Shown here one piece after another: positions 12,628 to 25,654 of a stretch of 64,000 nucleotides of DNA (position 1 is the stretch's first letter; each line of letters begins with the position of its first letter). Source of the stretch: Vicugna vicugna (taxonomy: Eukaryota). The translations under genes were made by a program, and so were the position numbers. Location of the stretch: positions 5,206,093 to 5,270,092 of the forward strand of contig MU058687.1 in the NCBI GenBank assembly GCA_013265495.1, in the 5' to 3' direction. The notes under the pieces were generated by a model that searched no databases, had not been told where the DNA came from, and saw only the letters and a list, made by a program, of their open reading frames with translations.

Positions 12628-13049
12628 TATATTAGCTAGCTTTCCAGGGCTGCTGTAACAAAGCACCACACACTAGGTGGCTTGAAACAATAGAAATTTA
12701 TTTTCTCACAGCCCTGGAGGCTAGAAATCTGGAATCAAGGTATCAGGAGACTCTAAGGGAAAATCCTTTCTTGTCCCTTCCTTGTTTCTGGGGGCTCCTG
12801 GAATTTCTTGGTCTGTGGCAGCATAATTCTAACCTCTGCCTTTGTCGTCACATGGCCATCTTCCCTGTGTGTATTTGTGTTGTCTCCTCTTTTTATAAAG
12901 ACACCAGCCGATGAATTTAGGGCCCATACTAATCCAGGATGACCTCATCTTAACTAATTACGTCTGCAGCACTCCATGCCTGAATAAAGTCACACTCTGA
13001 GGTTTCAAGTGGAAATGAATTTTGGAAGGGCATTATTCATCCCACTACA
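12628..13049 (-). mobile_element. MLT1B/C-type MaLR solo LTR
   Basis: tatattag..ccagggctgctgtaacaaagcaccacacactaggtggcttgaaacaa...ttcatcccactaca; perfect 5-bp TSD CTGCA (12623-12627 and 13050-13054). Confidence 0.9.
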
Positions 13050-13402
13050 CTGCATATATTGTATTTTTATTTTTGTTGCTACTCATATTTAAATTCACAA
13101 AAAGAGTGACTTATGGGTCTCTGTGATGTGTCATTAGGGGTCATCTCTAACTTGGTGGATTAATTAATACTCCTGGATACCAAGAGCACACAAATATATC
13201 ACAACAGATCTTTCAGATCACTGACCTGATTCATTCTGGTGTGCTAGCATAAGCAGGACACGTTTATCTTAAAGACATGCCGTCTTCCCCTCTGCCTACA
13301 CTTCCTTCTTGTTAAATCAGAATATGGATGATTTTAAATGGCTCTAAATGGATGATTTCATCTTGCCTTCCCTAGGGTTCCACTAGTTTGTATCGCACAG
13401 TA

Positions 13403-13587
13403 TAGTGATTTTCAAAGTGTGGTTCCAGAACCAGCAGCATCAGTATCGCCTGGAAACCTGCTATAAATGCAAATTCTTAGATTCTATCCCACACATATTG
13501 AACTGGAAACTCCACATTGGGGACCAGAAATCTGTTTCAACAAGCCCTCTCGGTGACTTCGATACATGTTCCATTTGGGAAGGACTG
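13403..13587. mobile_element. MER5A hAT-Charlie DNA transposon
   Basis: tagtgattttcaaagtgtggttccagaaccagcagcatcagtatcgcctgg..aaatgcaaattct..aacaagccct matches MER5A; about 185 bp. Confidence 0.85.
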
Positions 13588-13865
13588 GAATAGTGGATAA
13601 GAGCACACACTCTGGAGTCAGAATGTGTGGATTTGAATCCCAAAATGTTTGCTACTTTTTAGCTGTGTCATCCTGGACCAATGACTTAACCTTTCTGTTT
13701 TCTCTTCTATAAAAGAAGAAATATCATCTATCATGTTGATGAAAATAGCACATTTCTAAAATGGTAATTATGAAGATTACATTAGTTAATCCATGTAGAA
13801 TGCTTACTGCTGTGTTTGGCATACAAGTACTATGTAAATATTATCTAATTTAAATATTTGCTACT
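13588..13865 (+). mobile_element. MIR SINE
   Basis: tagtggataagagcacacactctggagtcaga..gatttgaatccc..agctgtgtcatcctggaccaatgacttaacc. Confidence 0.85.
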
Positions 13866-14349
13866 ATGTTAAAAAAAAAAAGGAAAAAGAAACTTGCCTC
13901 CTTCATTTATTTGTATCACTTTCCCAGGTCCTAAGAACAATCAAGTTTGCAATGCTGGCCTAAGATTTCTTGAAGATGCTACCTCCTCTTTGGAAATTAA
14001 AATATGTTTTCTTAGCCTCCTACATGCCATTTTCATCATTTCTCCAAATAAAGGTAAGCTGGTGGTTCTGTAATTACATCAAAGTTCTGTATCTGAAATA
14101 TAAATGAACTGAGTAAAGAGTACTTCCCCTGGGCCTGGAATTTAAAATTAATTTAAACCAAATACTCACCCATCCCAGGTTTCACTTTTCTCCTAATGAT
14201 ATTTGTCTGTCTCTCTCCAATCTGAGTGTCATCCTCCTTAACAGAGAATATGAAGGAAAAAAGTTCTTCCTTTATTATAACTAGATCATTTGAATTTTCC
14301 CCAGTGATAGGCCTCTTATTTTATTCACCTGATGAATGGTACATAATTA

Positions 14350-14600
14350 AAATGCATTTAGTTATTTATTCAACAAGTACTTACCGTGGACCCCTGTGTG
14401 CAAGTAGTATTTTGTATCTTAGGAATACAGCAATGAACAAAACACACAAAAATCTCTGCCCTCATGAATCTTACCTTTTAGTTGTGGTATATAGACAATA
14501 TAGAATACATATACTGCATTAATAAATAAAATGATTCAACAGATCAAAAACCAAATACTGTAGGAAAAATACATTATAGTAAGGAGGCTTGATAATGTTC
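14350..14600 (-). mobile_element. L2 3' end
   Basis: tatttattcaacaagtacttaccg..atacagcaatgaacaaaaca..ctctgccctcatgaatcttac. Confidence 0.75.
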
Positions 14601-14814
14601 GTGGGTTAGAATTTTAAAAAAGGGTCTTTGGAATTTACCATACTTTGTTGATTTACTATTTTATTTCACTATGATTTCTCCTCTTGGGAACAAAACTAAG
14701 AATAAGATCTGCTTCCCTGGTCTTGAGCTTTCTAGGAGACCTGTTCCCCCTAGGTTTCAGTGAAGGTAGTTTCCGGGACCTGGTCCAGGTTGACCAATTA
14801 GCCATAGGGTGGTT

Positions 14815-15410
14815 ACACATATACCAAAGATATGTTATAAATAACAAATTATCACAAACTGGGTATTTAGAGCAATAGAATCTATTTTCTCCCAGTTCTG
14901 GAGGCTAGAGTCCAAAATCAAGGAGTTGACAATGTTGGTTCTGGAGGTTCTAAGAGAGAATCTGTTCTAAGTTTCTCTCTTAACTTTCCAGAAATGTTTG
15001 GTGTTTCTTGACTTGTAGACACAGCACACAGATCTCTGCCTCCAGTTTTATATCACCTTCTTTGGGTCTCTCTGTATGTATCCTCTTCTTAGAAGGCATT
15101 TGTCATTGGATTTAGGGTCCACCCAGATAATCCTTCGTAATCTCATTTAGAGATCTTCAGCTTAATTACATTTGGAATGATCCTACTTCCATAAAAGGTT
15201 AAATTCACAGGTTTCCTTTTGAGGGTGGTTAATTAGGTTTACTTATTATTATTATTATTTATTTATTTATTTTTTAATGGAGGTACTGAGGTTTGAACTC
15301 AAGGCCTCATGCATGCTAAGCATATACTCTGCCACTGAGCTATACCCTCAACCTCTAAATTCATAGGTGTCAAGTGGACATAATTTTGGGGAGGGGTCAC
15401 TACTCAACGT
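14815..15410 (-). mobile_element. MLT1 (A/C-type) MaLR LTR interrupted by a SINE
   Basis: ataacaaattatcacaaactggg, ctcccagttctggaggctagagtccaaaatcaagg, ttggatttagggtccacc; resumes after the SINE with gtggacataattttggggagggg. Confidence 0.8.
15213..15355 (-). mobile_element. tRNA-Ala-derived camelid SINE (vic-1 type)
   Basis: Minus strand reads gggtatagctcagtggcagagtatatgcttagcatgcatgaggccttgagttcaaacctcagtacctcca followed by the aagtaaacctaatta tail; 13-bp TSD taaattca(c/t)aggt at 15200-15212 and 15356-15368. Confidence 0.9.
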
Positions 15411-16376
15411 AGGAGGTGCTATCTGAGAGTTTATAGTTACTGTGGTGATAGTCCCCTGCCTGAAGCAGTAGATACTGACTGTCAATAGTTGTAGCTAATT
15501 TGGGGACAAAATTAGGACTTCAAGATTAGGTTTTTATATTGTAAAATGTAGGCCAATTCAACACCAACTCCTGACTGAACTTACACACTGGTCCTATTCC
15601 AAAAACCGTTTCTTACTTACCAGTGAGGAGACAAGGACAGAAATTGAGAGTAAGTAAGTCTTTAGAAACTTCCATAGCAGTTTGACAATGTCTGGTGAAT
15701 TAAGAGTTAAAAGGGGGGGGTGGCTTATGCTTTGTGTTTCTTTATTAAAGTTCATTTTTGTAGTAAAATTCATTGTTACTGTATTTTAAAAAAGTACTGA
15801 TCAGTAGTAAGTTAAAAACATTAATAAAGCTGATTTTTTACCACAGATTGTCTGAGAAGCCCTGGTATTGGCTACTGTTCACAACACTATAGAAAATAAT
15901 AATATCTATTCACAATTGTTTGTCCACAGGACTGAAGACATTTCAGTGCCAGGAATGGAAGGGGTATATATCACGGAACATGTGCCTTACACCACCGGTA
16001 ACAATTTCTAACTGCTCCCTTGAGCTGCCTCAGCAGCCAGCTTTATTTTGTCACTGTTATGGTACCCACTCATCACCCAAGGCTGGTGCAATGAAACCCA
16101 AAATACCTCCAGGTCAGGAGAATGGAATCAAGTCCAGGCTCACAAGTTGCCATCCGCAGGACTGTAGACAGCTCACTTTGCCCCCCTAGTCAACTTTTCT
16201 CATCTAAAATATATATATATTTTTTGCTTTGACATTCCACTCAACACCCCTAACACCACCATCAAAAATAAAGTGTAAAACAAAACAAGGGACTGTCTCA
16301 CCGAGGGATACACTGGAGAAGTGCGCATTTTTTTCAGTATTTCATACATATAGAAAAATTGAACAAAGGTTGCAGT

Positions 16377-17432
16377 TGAAAGGTTCTAGAACCAATTCCA
16401 ATGCAGGAGGAGGACGGAAGTTTCCCTACACATTCAAATAAGCAACACTCCAACACCAGCTGGATGTCCTACAATTCAACTCCTTTCTGACACTGTCTAC
16501 CCAGAGATAGCGTTAGGTCCCACAAGTTAAGGGCTCTGTCCCACAAGACTGCTCTCTACTCCAGATGCCAGTTACAAAGTCAGGTTGTTGCCTATGTTTC
16601 TGACCAAATTGCTACAGATTGGAGGTTCTCCCATGTTCTCTTTGGATTTCAGACACCAGTCACAAGTCCAGATTGTTGCCTGTACTTCTGAGAGATTGGC
16701 TATAAATCAGAGGTTCCCAGAATCCCCTCCTTGAGTTCAATTAATTTGTTAGCACTGCTCATAGAACTCAGGAAATTTATTTACTCACTAGATGACTGAT
16801 TGATTTCGAAGGATATTATAGGATTCAAATCAACAGCCAGATGGAGGGATACAGTGGGCAAGGTCCAGAACACAGAAGCTTCTGTCCTCACAGAGTTTGG
16901 GGCTTGGCATAGTGGCATGTGGAAGGATTCTGATTCCCTGCCTGGAAGCTCTTCAAAAACCCCTTCCTTTTGGGTTTTTAAGGAAGCTTCATAACGCTGG
17001 CACGATTGAGTAAATCATTGGCCATTGGTGACTGATTCAATCTCAAGGCCCTCTCCCCTCCCAGGAAACCGGGGTGTGAGCCTGAAAGTTTCAATCTTTC
17101 AATCAGGGTTGGTTCCCTTGGCAACCAGCCCTCATCCTTAGGTGCTTTCCTAGTCACCTCGTTAACATAAACCCAGTTGTGTTGGAAAGGACATTGTTAT
17201 GAATAAGAGACTTATTTCAATTTTATGGCTTTGAATCAATCTTAGGAACTGAGGACAAGAGACCGAATATTATAAGAAAAAAATGCTCTCATTGCTCTTA
17301 TTGCTCAGGAAATTTCAAGAGTTTTGAGAACTGTGAGCAAGAAACTATAGACTAAGACGAAATATGTATGAGAAATATATTTTGGTTATCTGAGTGGCCA
17401 AATATGTATTTCTTATAAATTGCAATATTGCA
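16377..17432 (-). mobile_element. Full-length MER21-like solo LTR (1056 bp)
   Basis: TG...CA termini, perfect 5-bp TSD GCAGT (16372-16376 and 17433-17437), homologous to 1-836; interrupts an L1 fragment. Confidence 0.85.
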
Positions 17433-17437
17433 GCAGT

Positions 17438-19200
17438 AAGCATGTATATAACTACAACCTAGAGTTTACCACTGACACATTCTTATGTCTGTCACTATTT
17501 ATCTAAGGCTCTCTTCTGTCATTAATCCATACATTTTCCATTCCAGAAAATAGAGACAACAGTACACTTCCACTTAAATACTTCAACATGTTTATCATTA
17601 ACCAGATTTCAATATTTGCATAGTTTTCTTTTATATATATATAAAATTTGCATATGGAGACATGAACAAAGCTTAAGTGTATATTAACTGGCATTTGACA
17701 GATGCATCCATTTATATAATCCAAACCCCATCAAAATTTTAAAAATTGCCATCAGTCCAGAGACAAATGGTCTTGATTTTTCTACCCTAGGTTGAATTTT
17801 CCTGTTTTACATCTTCATATACATGAAATGATATGAAATTTTCCTTTTTTATATGAGGCTTTTTTCACTCAGCATGATGCTTTTGAGATTTGTCTGTGTT
17901 TCCGCGTATATCAGTGTTCCATTTAGCTGATTAGCATCCATTCTGTGACTGTGTGTGACTACACCACAATCCTTCTAGTCATTCTTCTGCTAGGCTCCTC
18001 AACTCTGTTCAGTTTGCAACTAGTGGGCATTCTGTTCTGTTCTATTGATTTACATGACTATTCTTAACTGATTCCACACTGTCTTGCTTACTGTAACTTT
18101 ATAATAAATCTTTGACCTTTTTTCTTATTTTCAAATGGCTCTTTTACCTTCTAGATCCTCTCTCTTTCTATATATATATTAGAATCACATTATCAATTTA
18201 TGCACAAAACCCTACTGGGATTATGATTGGAATCTAGGTATATTTGGGTAGAAATGATGACTTACTGACAATAAGTTTCTGCAATGAAGGTCATTTAGTG
18301 ACTTTTAAATTTCCAATATTGTATTTCTTAATTCTAGAGTTTCCATTTGTTTTTTTTCTTGATTTCCTGTTTTCATTTCTCTTTTTATTTACTATGAACA
18401 TATTTTGTCTTTATTTTACTGAGCATAGTTTCAAGAAATGCTTCAAAATACTTGTCAGCTACTTTCAATATCTAAATCAGTCATCTTGGGGTCAGTCTCT
18501 ATTCATATTTTCTGGTATCTTCTTGTGTCTGGTAGCTTTGAAACAAATCCTGCACACCATGCAAGTCATGTTGCAGGTGCTCCGGATTTGATGTTCCTCT
18601 AAAATGGGTCAATAGTTTGTTCTGTTTTTACAGACAAGAAAGTTTGTTAGATTTTGCTTGCGAAGATTATCCTTGGGATGCCAGTTCAAATTTCAGTTCA
18701 GTTCTTTTACTCTTATTTGGTTTTCTTGGAGTCTGTCCCATGCATGCATTGCTCATGCATCAGTGAGATCTTTGGGCAAATTTTATATGCAGAATTTGCA
18801 GCTCCTCCTCTCTGGCTCTCTTTTTTCTGGGACTCCCCCTACCTCTCTTGCTTTTCTAGAGGTTGTAGTTCTCCAACTCTGTCCTCTGCTTTTTAGGTTA
18901 AAAAGACTGAGTTTTCTGTTAGACTTTCACCTGTCCTGCCTGGCTCTGCCTGCCACGTTCTCTAAGCTAGACACTGTTTAAAAAGAAAGAGAGAGAGAGA
19001 AGAAGAGGAAGAAAGAAGAGGAGGAGGAGGAAGGAAAGGAGGAGGAGTGAGAGAAGGAGGAAGAATAGGAGGAGAAGGACAGATTTGAAACTCATTCAGT
19101 CTGATTGTCAATTCCCCAGTGCTTCCAGCGACTTTGTTGTTTTTTGTCGAGTTGGTAGTTGTTGTCTGTAGGAGGACATAGGATGTAGGAGCTTACTTGG
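17438..19200 (-). mobile_element. Old L1 fragments (L1MC/L1ME/HAL1-like)
   Basis: ctttttcactcagcatgatgcttttgagattt, ctgttctgttctattgattta, ccacactgtcttgcttactgtaactttataataaatctt, cctactgggattatgattggaat; the distal part is more degenerate. Confidence 0.65.
18981..19080 (+). repeat. Purine-rich (GA/GGA) low-complexity tract
   Basis: About 100 nt almost entirely A/G. Confidence 0.9.
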
Positions 19201-20589
19201 CCTTACTAGAATCAGTGAAAAACAGAAAATTTAAAAGATGCTTGTAATTAGAGCCTATTGGTAAAAAGAGGGCAGCGTTTCTCTGAAAGAAAGAACTCTT
19301 GGGAAACACTTTAATGGTCCTTTTGCTTATGTAAATGTGAAGCCCAGAGCTAGAAGGGATGAGGGGCATTACAACAAATGGGATGTAAAAATTGTTACGC
19401 ATAATGAAACAACAGGAATAAAGTTCCCTGAGGATGGTGGCAGGTGGGGGCGGTGTCTAAAATAAGTAGGGAAGTTTAGGGAAGAAGGGTGACAGTAAAC
19501 AACCAGAGGAACTTGGCTGGGCGCAGGGTACTAAGAGATAAAACAACTAAGAAAATAAAGGAATCTCTGATGTAGAAGAAATTAAGTGTCGGGACTGTCT
19601 GATACTCAAGTGTAAGGTGTGTCTCTGTTTTTGTTTTAATCCTTCTCTTTATCCCCAACCCACAGTCTATATCCCACTAATTGTAAAATTAAAAAGGGGG
19701 AGCAAATGCTATTCCTTATCTGATTACTTTCCCGTCTTGATTACATACTACTTCTCTAGCAGGTATATTATCTGAACAGTCATCACTAAATTAAGTCTAG
19801 GACAACAGCCTCCTAGGAAGATTAATGACCTATAATCTACCTTTATGAAAGAAGCAAGCATCCAATAAATGAGAAAATGCATACCATTATCCAATAAATT
19901 GTTAAATATCCCAAGTTCTTACCTTACTGAGTATTTGACAAATGGATTTCATGTTTACTCAATTACCTCTTCACTATTGTCATGTCACTTGCTTTATCGT
20001 TTGCTTAAATGTATGTCTTTTCACTAACAATGCTAGGTGTACCTGACTCCACCCATTCTGCGTCCAGGAGGGATACACAGCAAGGATGGTCATTTTGGGA
20101 CACTGAATAGTGGACCACTAGTATTACTGCTTCACATTCTTAGATTTCAGTAACAGTCTCATTCTATCTACATAGGATGCCAAAAGTTTAAATACATTTT
20201 GTACAAAAGATTATTTTATTATTTTCTACATAGATCATAATGCCATGCTGGGAAATACTTGGTTCTAAGTAACAATTTTCTTTCTCATTTAAATAGGAAA
20301 AAGAAGGTGTAATTGGCAAGTAGAGTTTCTGCCTGGGTAAGAACAACAACTAGGTTGAAAGAATTCCATCTAAACACAAAATATTTGTGTTTTAGTTAGT
20401 TTGGTAGCATTTTTGTAGGTAAATACAACAGTATTTGTTTCCATTTAGAAACAGTGAAAATGATTTGCAAAGCCTGTACCAAGATATTTGTTTTTATGTC
20501 CTCCCTCCGTTTCTCTGATAACCATGTCTTTTTCTCCTTTGATAAACAACCTCTTCACCTTTATTAGTTCAACAGACTGACCACAGGAA

Positions 20590-21008
20590 AGCATCAAACT
20601 TAGTACTGGGCTTAGAACAACAGAAATGTATGGCCTCACAGTTCTAGAAGCTAGAAGTCCAAAACCAAGGTGTCACGTACCTTCTGAAACCTGAAGGGGG
20701 GAATTATTTCTTACCTCTTCCCAGCTTCCTGTGGTTTACTGGCGATTTCTGGTACTCCTTGGCTTGCAGCTGCGTAACTCCAGTCTCTGCCTCCATCATC
20801 ACATGATGTCCTTCCTCCTTCTCTTCGCCATTGTCTCCTTATAAAGACACCAGCCATGTTGAATTAAGGACCTCCCCTACTTTAGTATGATGTCATCTTA
20901 ATTAATTACATCTATAAACACTCTATTTCCAGATAAGGTCACATCCTGAGGTGCAGGGGGATAGGATTTTAACACGTTTCTTTTGGGAAAGTACAGCACA
21001 ACCCATAA
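20590..21008 (-). mobile_element. MLT1C-like MaLR LTR
   Basis: ggcttagaacaacagaaatg..ctcacagttctagaagctagaagtccaaaaccaaggtgtc..cttataaagacaccagcc..caacccataa. Confidence 0.85.
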
Positions 21009-21159
21009 AAATCACTATTTGCAGCCTTTGGGATGGATCTGACTCCATATTTAGCTCAAGAGATGGCCACGTGGCTCAGGCCTCCTCAGTCAGAACAGTA
21101 GATTCTCGTGCCCAAGCTGCTTGGTTCAGGTCTGTGCATACGTACGAATCAGAGTGAAT

Positions 21160-21372
21160 AAACACGACTACCATATGTAAAACAGGTAACAGCAAGGTCC
21201 TACCGTACAGCACAGGGAACTATATTCAATATTTCGTAATGGCCTATAATGAACAAGACTATGAAAAGGAATATATATATATATATATGTATATAAATGA
21301 GTCACTAAGCTGTACAGCAGAAATCAACATATTGTAAATTGACTATAATTCAATAAAAAGTTAAATTTAGTT
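21160..21372 (+). mobile_element. Artiodactyl-type L1 3' UTR fragment (5'-truncated)
   Basis: aacagcaaggtcctaccgtacagcacagggaactatattcaata..gtcactaagctgtacagcagaaatcaacatattgtaaattgactata followed by AATAAA. Confidence 0.9.
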
Positions 21373-21572
21373 AAAAATACAGCAGGGATTTTGCTGAGAT
21401 CTCAAAGTGAGGGGCACTCTGGTTTAGCTTAGTTTTGTTTAATGTTTTGTCTGTTGGATTTGAACCTGGGTGTGTGGAGCCTAGATTTGCTAGTAGCAGC
21501 TGTCCAGCCATGACTGGGTGCCAGTGCGTGGAGGAATGCTGAGAAGAGAGGGAGAGGGAGGAGAGGGAGAAA

Positions 21573-22036
21573 GAGTAGTTAGGGTTCTCCAGAGAAACAG
21601 AATTATAGCATGCAAAAGTGGAGACTAAGGAGTCCCAGGATGTGCAGTCAGCCAGCTGTGGACTCAGGTCTCCAGCAAAGAGAGCTGTGGTGTAGCTCCA
21701 GTCTAAGAATAGAGACCTGAAAACTGGGAGAGCTGATGATACAAGCTCCAGTCCCAAAACTAGCAGGATTTAGACCCAAGAAGGGCCCATTTTCCAGTCA
21801 GAAGGCAGGAAAAGACTGATATGCCAGCTCAAGCAGCCTTTCTCATATATCCAGGCCTTCAACTGATTGCACGAGGCCCATCCACATTAGAGAGAGCAGT
21901 CAGCTTTACTTCATGTACTGATCCAAATGCTAATCTCATTTTAAAACACCCTCATCGACATACCTAGAATAATGTTTGACCAAATATCTGGGCACCATAA
22001 GACCCAGTCAAATCGATGTGTTAAACTAATCATCAC
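21573..22036 (-). mobile_element. MLT2 (B/C-type) ERVL LTR
   Basis: gttagggttctccagagaaacagaa...tagaataatgtttgaccaaatatctgggcacc..aactaatcatcac. Confidence 0.9.
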
Positions 22037-23659
22037 TGAGAGGTAGAGACCAGTCCCCTTTGCCATGACTTTAGCTTGTAAATTCAGCCAGGCATGCATG
22101 GCTTTTCCAGGAATGACCCATGTATTTCTTGATTCCTTAACATTTCGGTTGTCTTCTCTAATTGAAATACCCATCATTATCTTCATAATATTCCAGGACC
22201 CATAGAATTCCAAGTGGAAATCACTTGCAAATATCACAGCTGAGATTTTATTCTCCATCTGTCATCATCCTCAGACTTTCAGGGCAAACTATAGGTCTGT
22301 ACTCCACTTGGCTATCAGCCAATAACTTGAACCATTGTCACCTATTCCTTAGACAACAGAAATTATATACTGTAGTGTTGGTTTTTTTTTTTTCCTTTTT
22401 TTCTTTTTAACCTCACTAAGGAGAGAAGATCTTTCTTTTGGCTAGGGTATGCTTGCAATTTATGCTTTTTCAGAACTTTTCTATCTATTATTCATAGTTG
22501 TGTTCCCACACCAAAATATCCCTTTGAAATATTAAAAACACAATCAGCTAATAGTCTAGGAGAGCAAGTAACTCTTTGTCTTAGCATAGTGATTAGAGGA
22601 TTTATAAAACCCAAGCAGATATTGAAAATTCCCCACAATTTCACACAGTCTATAAGTTGACATTTTCTAGCCCTTGAGATGTCTGCATTTATGACTCTAT
22701 AGAAAGAGAACTCAATCAACCGAACAATACAATCAGATTGCTTTCTTTAACACTTGCTTTCTGTAAAGTTTTTTGATTGCAGTGACACACAAACATAAAA
22801 AAAAAACCAAAAAAATAAAAACTGCTCCACCACAAGACAAAAACTCTACCAACTCAAGGATAAAATAAATCATCTAAAGGCAGTAAGAGTGCCAAGTATT
22901 AAAAAGATTCTACTCAGAGGATATATGAAAGTCCGCCCCACTCTGTTTGGCTTTGTTCTGGGCCTTGCTTCTGTTCTTGCAAGTTAATTTCAATAGTCAA
23001 GAATGGGGTTGAACCCCTGTATTATGTAATCAGTGCCTAGCCACACGTTATGGATGCTTCTGGGATGTTACTTATAAAATTGAATCACATTGCTGACTCC
23101 CTAGAGGAAATTGTTATCTACAGGAGTCATACAAGAAAACTTTTTTAAAAGCAAGGCATCTACTGGGTAAAATAAAATGTCACAGATTTGATGTTCATGT
23201 ATAAATCTGGTTTTTCTTATTTTGGACTTGCTTTAAACAAGTCTAGATTTCTCTTATTTGAAATTCATCACAAACCAGATTAAATTGAGCTTTCCGACTA
23301 CTCTAAAGCAAGCAAGAGCAGAGGAAGTTGGACTTAGTTAACTGAGGACTATACGTAAGTGAAATTTAAGTCTTTCCTTGTTTTCCCTTGAAACCCGATT
23401 TAAAATATTTAGACTGAAATTTTACACATGTATAGGGATAATGTGGTTTCATTTTGGTAAACAAAACTATTTTTTAAAAAAGTTATAAGAAGGAACAACA
23501 ACAACAAAAAACCTTAACTGGAGAGTTTTGGATTCATTCTATTGCAAGTGGCAGAAACCCAATTCAAATTAGCTTGCAGAAAAAAAAAAAGATAATTTAC
23601 TGACTTATTGGCTCCTTAGTAGGATAGAAATATCTAGTCCCTCAGATCCTTGCTGATGG

Positions 23660-24120
23660 TAAGAACTGCTAACTTTTCATCAATTTGAAATATAAAAATA
23701 TATCCCATTATAAATTTTTTCTTTTCTTGATTATTAGTGATGCTGAAGTTTTCTTCATATGTTTGTTTGCTATTTGATTCATTTTCTTTTGTCAATTGCT
23801 CATTTGTTCATTTTAAATGAAATGTTTTAAAATTAAAGATATTCATCCTATTGTTATCAAATGTTTTCCTATTGGTTTTTTGACCTTACAGTATGGATTT
23901 ATTTTGCTTATCCTTTTAAATTTGTATGTAGAAAATTCCGTCAATCTTTTCTTGTGTGGAATTATGGGTTACTGAACACACTTAGAAAACCTTTCTTACT
24001 CCAAAATTATTTTCTCCTTTTTAAAGTTTTTCATTTTTTTAATTTAAATATTTTATCTGGAGTTTTGTTGTAGGAAATATCTATCTGTAAACTTTTATGT
24101 TTTATATATTTGGTGTTGCA
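23660..24120 (-). mobile_element. Old L1ME fragment
   Basis: tcttgattattagtgatgctgaagttttcttcatatgtttgtttgctattt; cttagaaaacctttcttactccaaaattatt. Confidence 0.65.
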
Positions 24121-24244
24121 GTTGTTGGTCATACAAAGTGAAATGGGGACAGAGACAAAGAGATGGCAAATTTGACACTGCAGAAATGGTGAGTTTTGTT
24201 TTATTTTGTTTTTTTTAACTATTAGTCCAGATTCTTTTGATGTA

Positions 24245-25020
24245 AGAATAGTAATTATGTTACTGTGTATAAACAAATACAAAAACAAAAACAAAAATAC
24301 CCCATCCGAATTATGACTTGAAATAAAAATAAACAATTATTATCCTCCCAGTTTTCGTGACTCATGGATTTTGACTTAGATAAGTGGTTCTGCCTCCGGG
24401 TCTCTCATGAATTGCAGCCAACTCATGGGCTGGAGTTGCGATCATCTGAAAGCTTAACTGGACCAACAGATTCTGCTCCCAAGGTAACTCACTCAAATGG
24501 CTGGAAGGTGATAAGGCCTCCGTTCTACCCTACTTGAGAGATCTCTGCAGGACCATTTGAGTGTCCTCATGAATGGTACTAGTTTTCCCCATGCCTAGTG
24601 ATCCAAGAGAGAGCAAGGTAGGTGAAAGCTATTCTTTCTACAACCTGGCCTCAAAAGTCAAATAGCATCACTTCCGCCACATTCCAGCTACTAGAAGAAA
24701 GTTACTAAGAACACAAGTAAGGTCAGGATTGGAGTTCTCTTTCTCTGTCCTCAAGCTCAGCTTCCTATGTTGATTTTAGCCCCAGTCAGGTCTTTTCTTG
24801 GGTTGCAAGAGGATGCCAGCTTTGGTGCCTACATACTACCATCTTGATATGTTGACTTACTTAGTCCTGAGTTACATGTTCCACCCCTTCAGCTGGTAGT
24901 GGAACCAGACTCAGACCACATAAAGTTAAGACTGGAGGAAGAATAGCCCCCTGCACAGAAAACAGAGATATTTCTTGAAGAAGGTAGAATTGATGTTAGC
25001 GAGGCAAACAACCAATATCT
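24245..25020 (-). mobile_element. MLT1F/G-like LTR followed by an older MLT1J/K/L-like fragment
   Basis: tcatctgaaagcttaactggac, ctcactcaaatggctgg, gagtgtcctcatga, catcacttccgccacattc; the part after ~24740 is more degenerate. Confidence 0.7.
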
Positions 25021-25654
25021 TCTGTACTATCCATGCATACATACACCTGACTGACACATTAAGAGGTCTCAGAGTGTATTTCCTATAAGGCAGGAATCAC
25101 ATTTCTCAAATTTACTCTGTAGTGCTAGTTACCATATCACACACAAAGATGTACTTATCAGTGCTTCTGAATGATCACTGATGAATGATCTAAGATTATT
25201 TGATCATCGATGTTCCTGATTAGGAGACATATAGAAGTATAGAATAGTAAAGTGTAGTATCTGGCTAAAGGCAGCCTAGGTTCGATGGGTATTGAACCAA
25301 GATCTGTGCACTGCTGGGAGAGCTTCATTGCAGCAGCTGAAATGGCAAAATGGAATAGGTGACAGCACCTAATGTTTGTTGTTCCTATAACCACTGAAGA
25401 GGAATAATATCAAATTCCATTATGAACACAAGTCTTATTTCAGTTTTAAAAGTTGAAAATACATGATTAATTATGCTCTTTGTATAGCATATGTTTCCTT
25501 ATGTTTACCCAAATTTGATAGCAACATGTCACAAATTCACACTACAATTTCCTCAAAGTTGACAAATATTACTGAGATTTGCTAACGCTACCCTGTATTA
25601 AGAACTCCTCTCTGCTGCAGAGGACTCGTGACACCCACGCCAGAGATCTCTTAC

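Larger units (their letters stand above)
21015..22130. mobile_element. Ancient ERVL LTR (LTR16/LTR33-like) split by L1 and MLT2 insertions
   Basis: gatggccacgtggctcaggcc, tggttcaggtctgtgcatac, gaatcagagtgaat..gggattttgctgag; continues on both sides of the nested inserts. Confidence 0.55.

Noticed and set aside
1..17432. The two MER21-like LTRs as the ends of one 17-kb provirus
   Set aside because: The second LTR has its own TSD on both sides, the copies differ structurally, and no gag/pol lies between them.
18244..18981. Phe/Leu-rich ORFs resembling membrane proteins
   Set aside because: They arise from T-rich antisense L1 sequence; the same applies to 10712-10906, 23861-24073 and 29814-30086.
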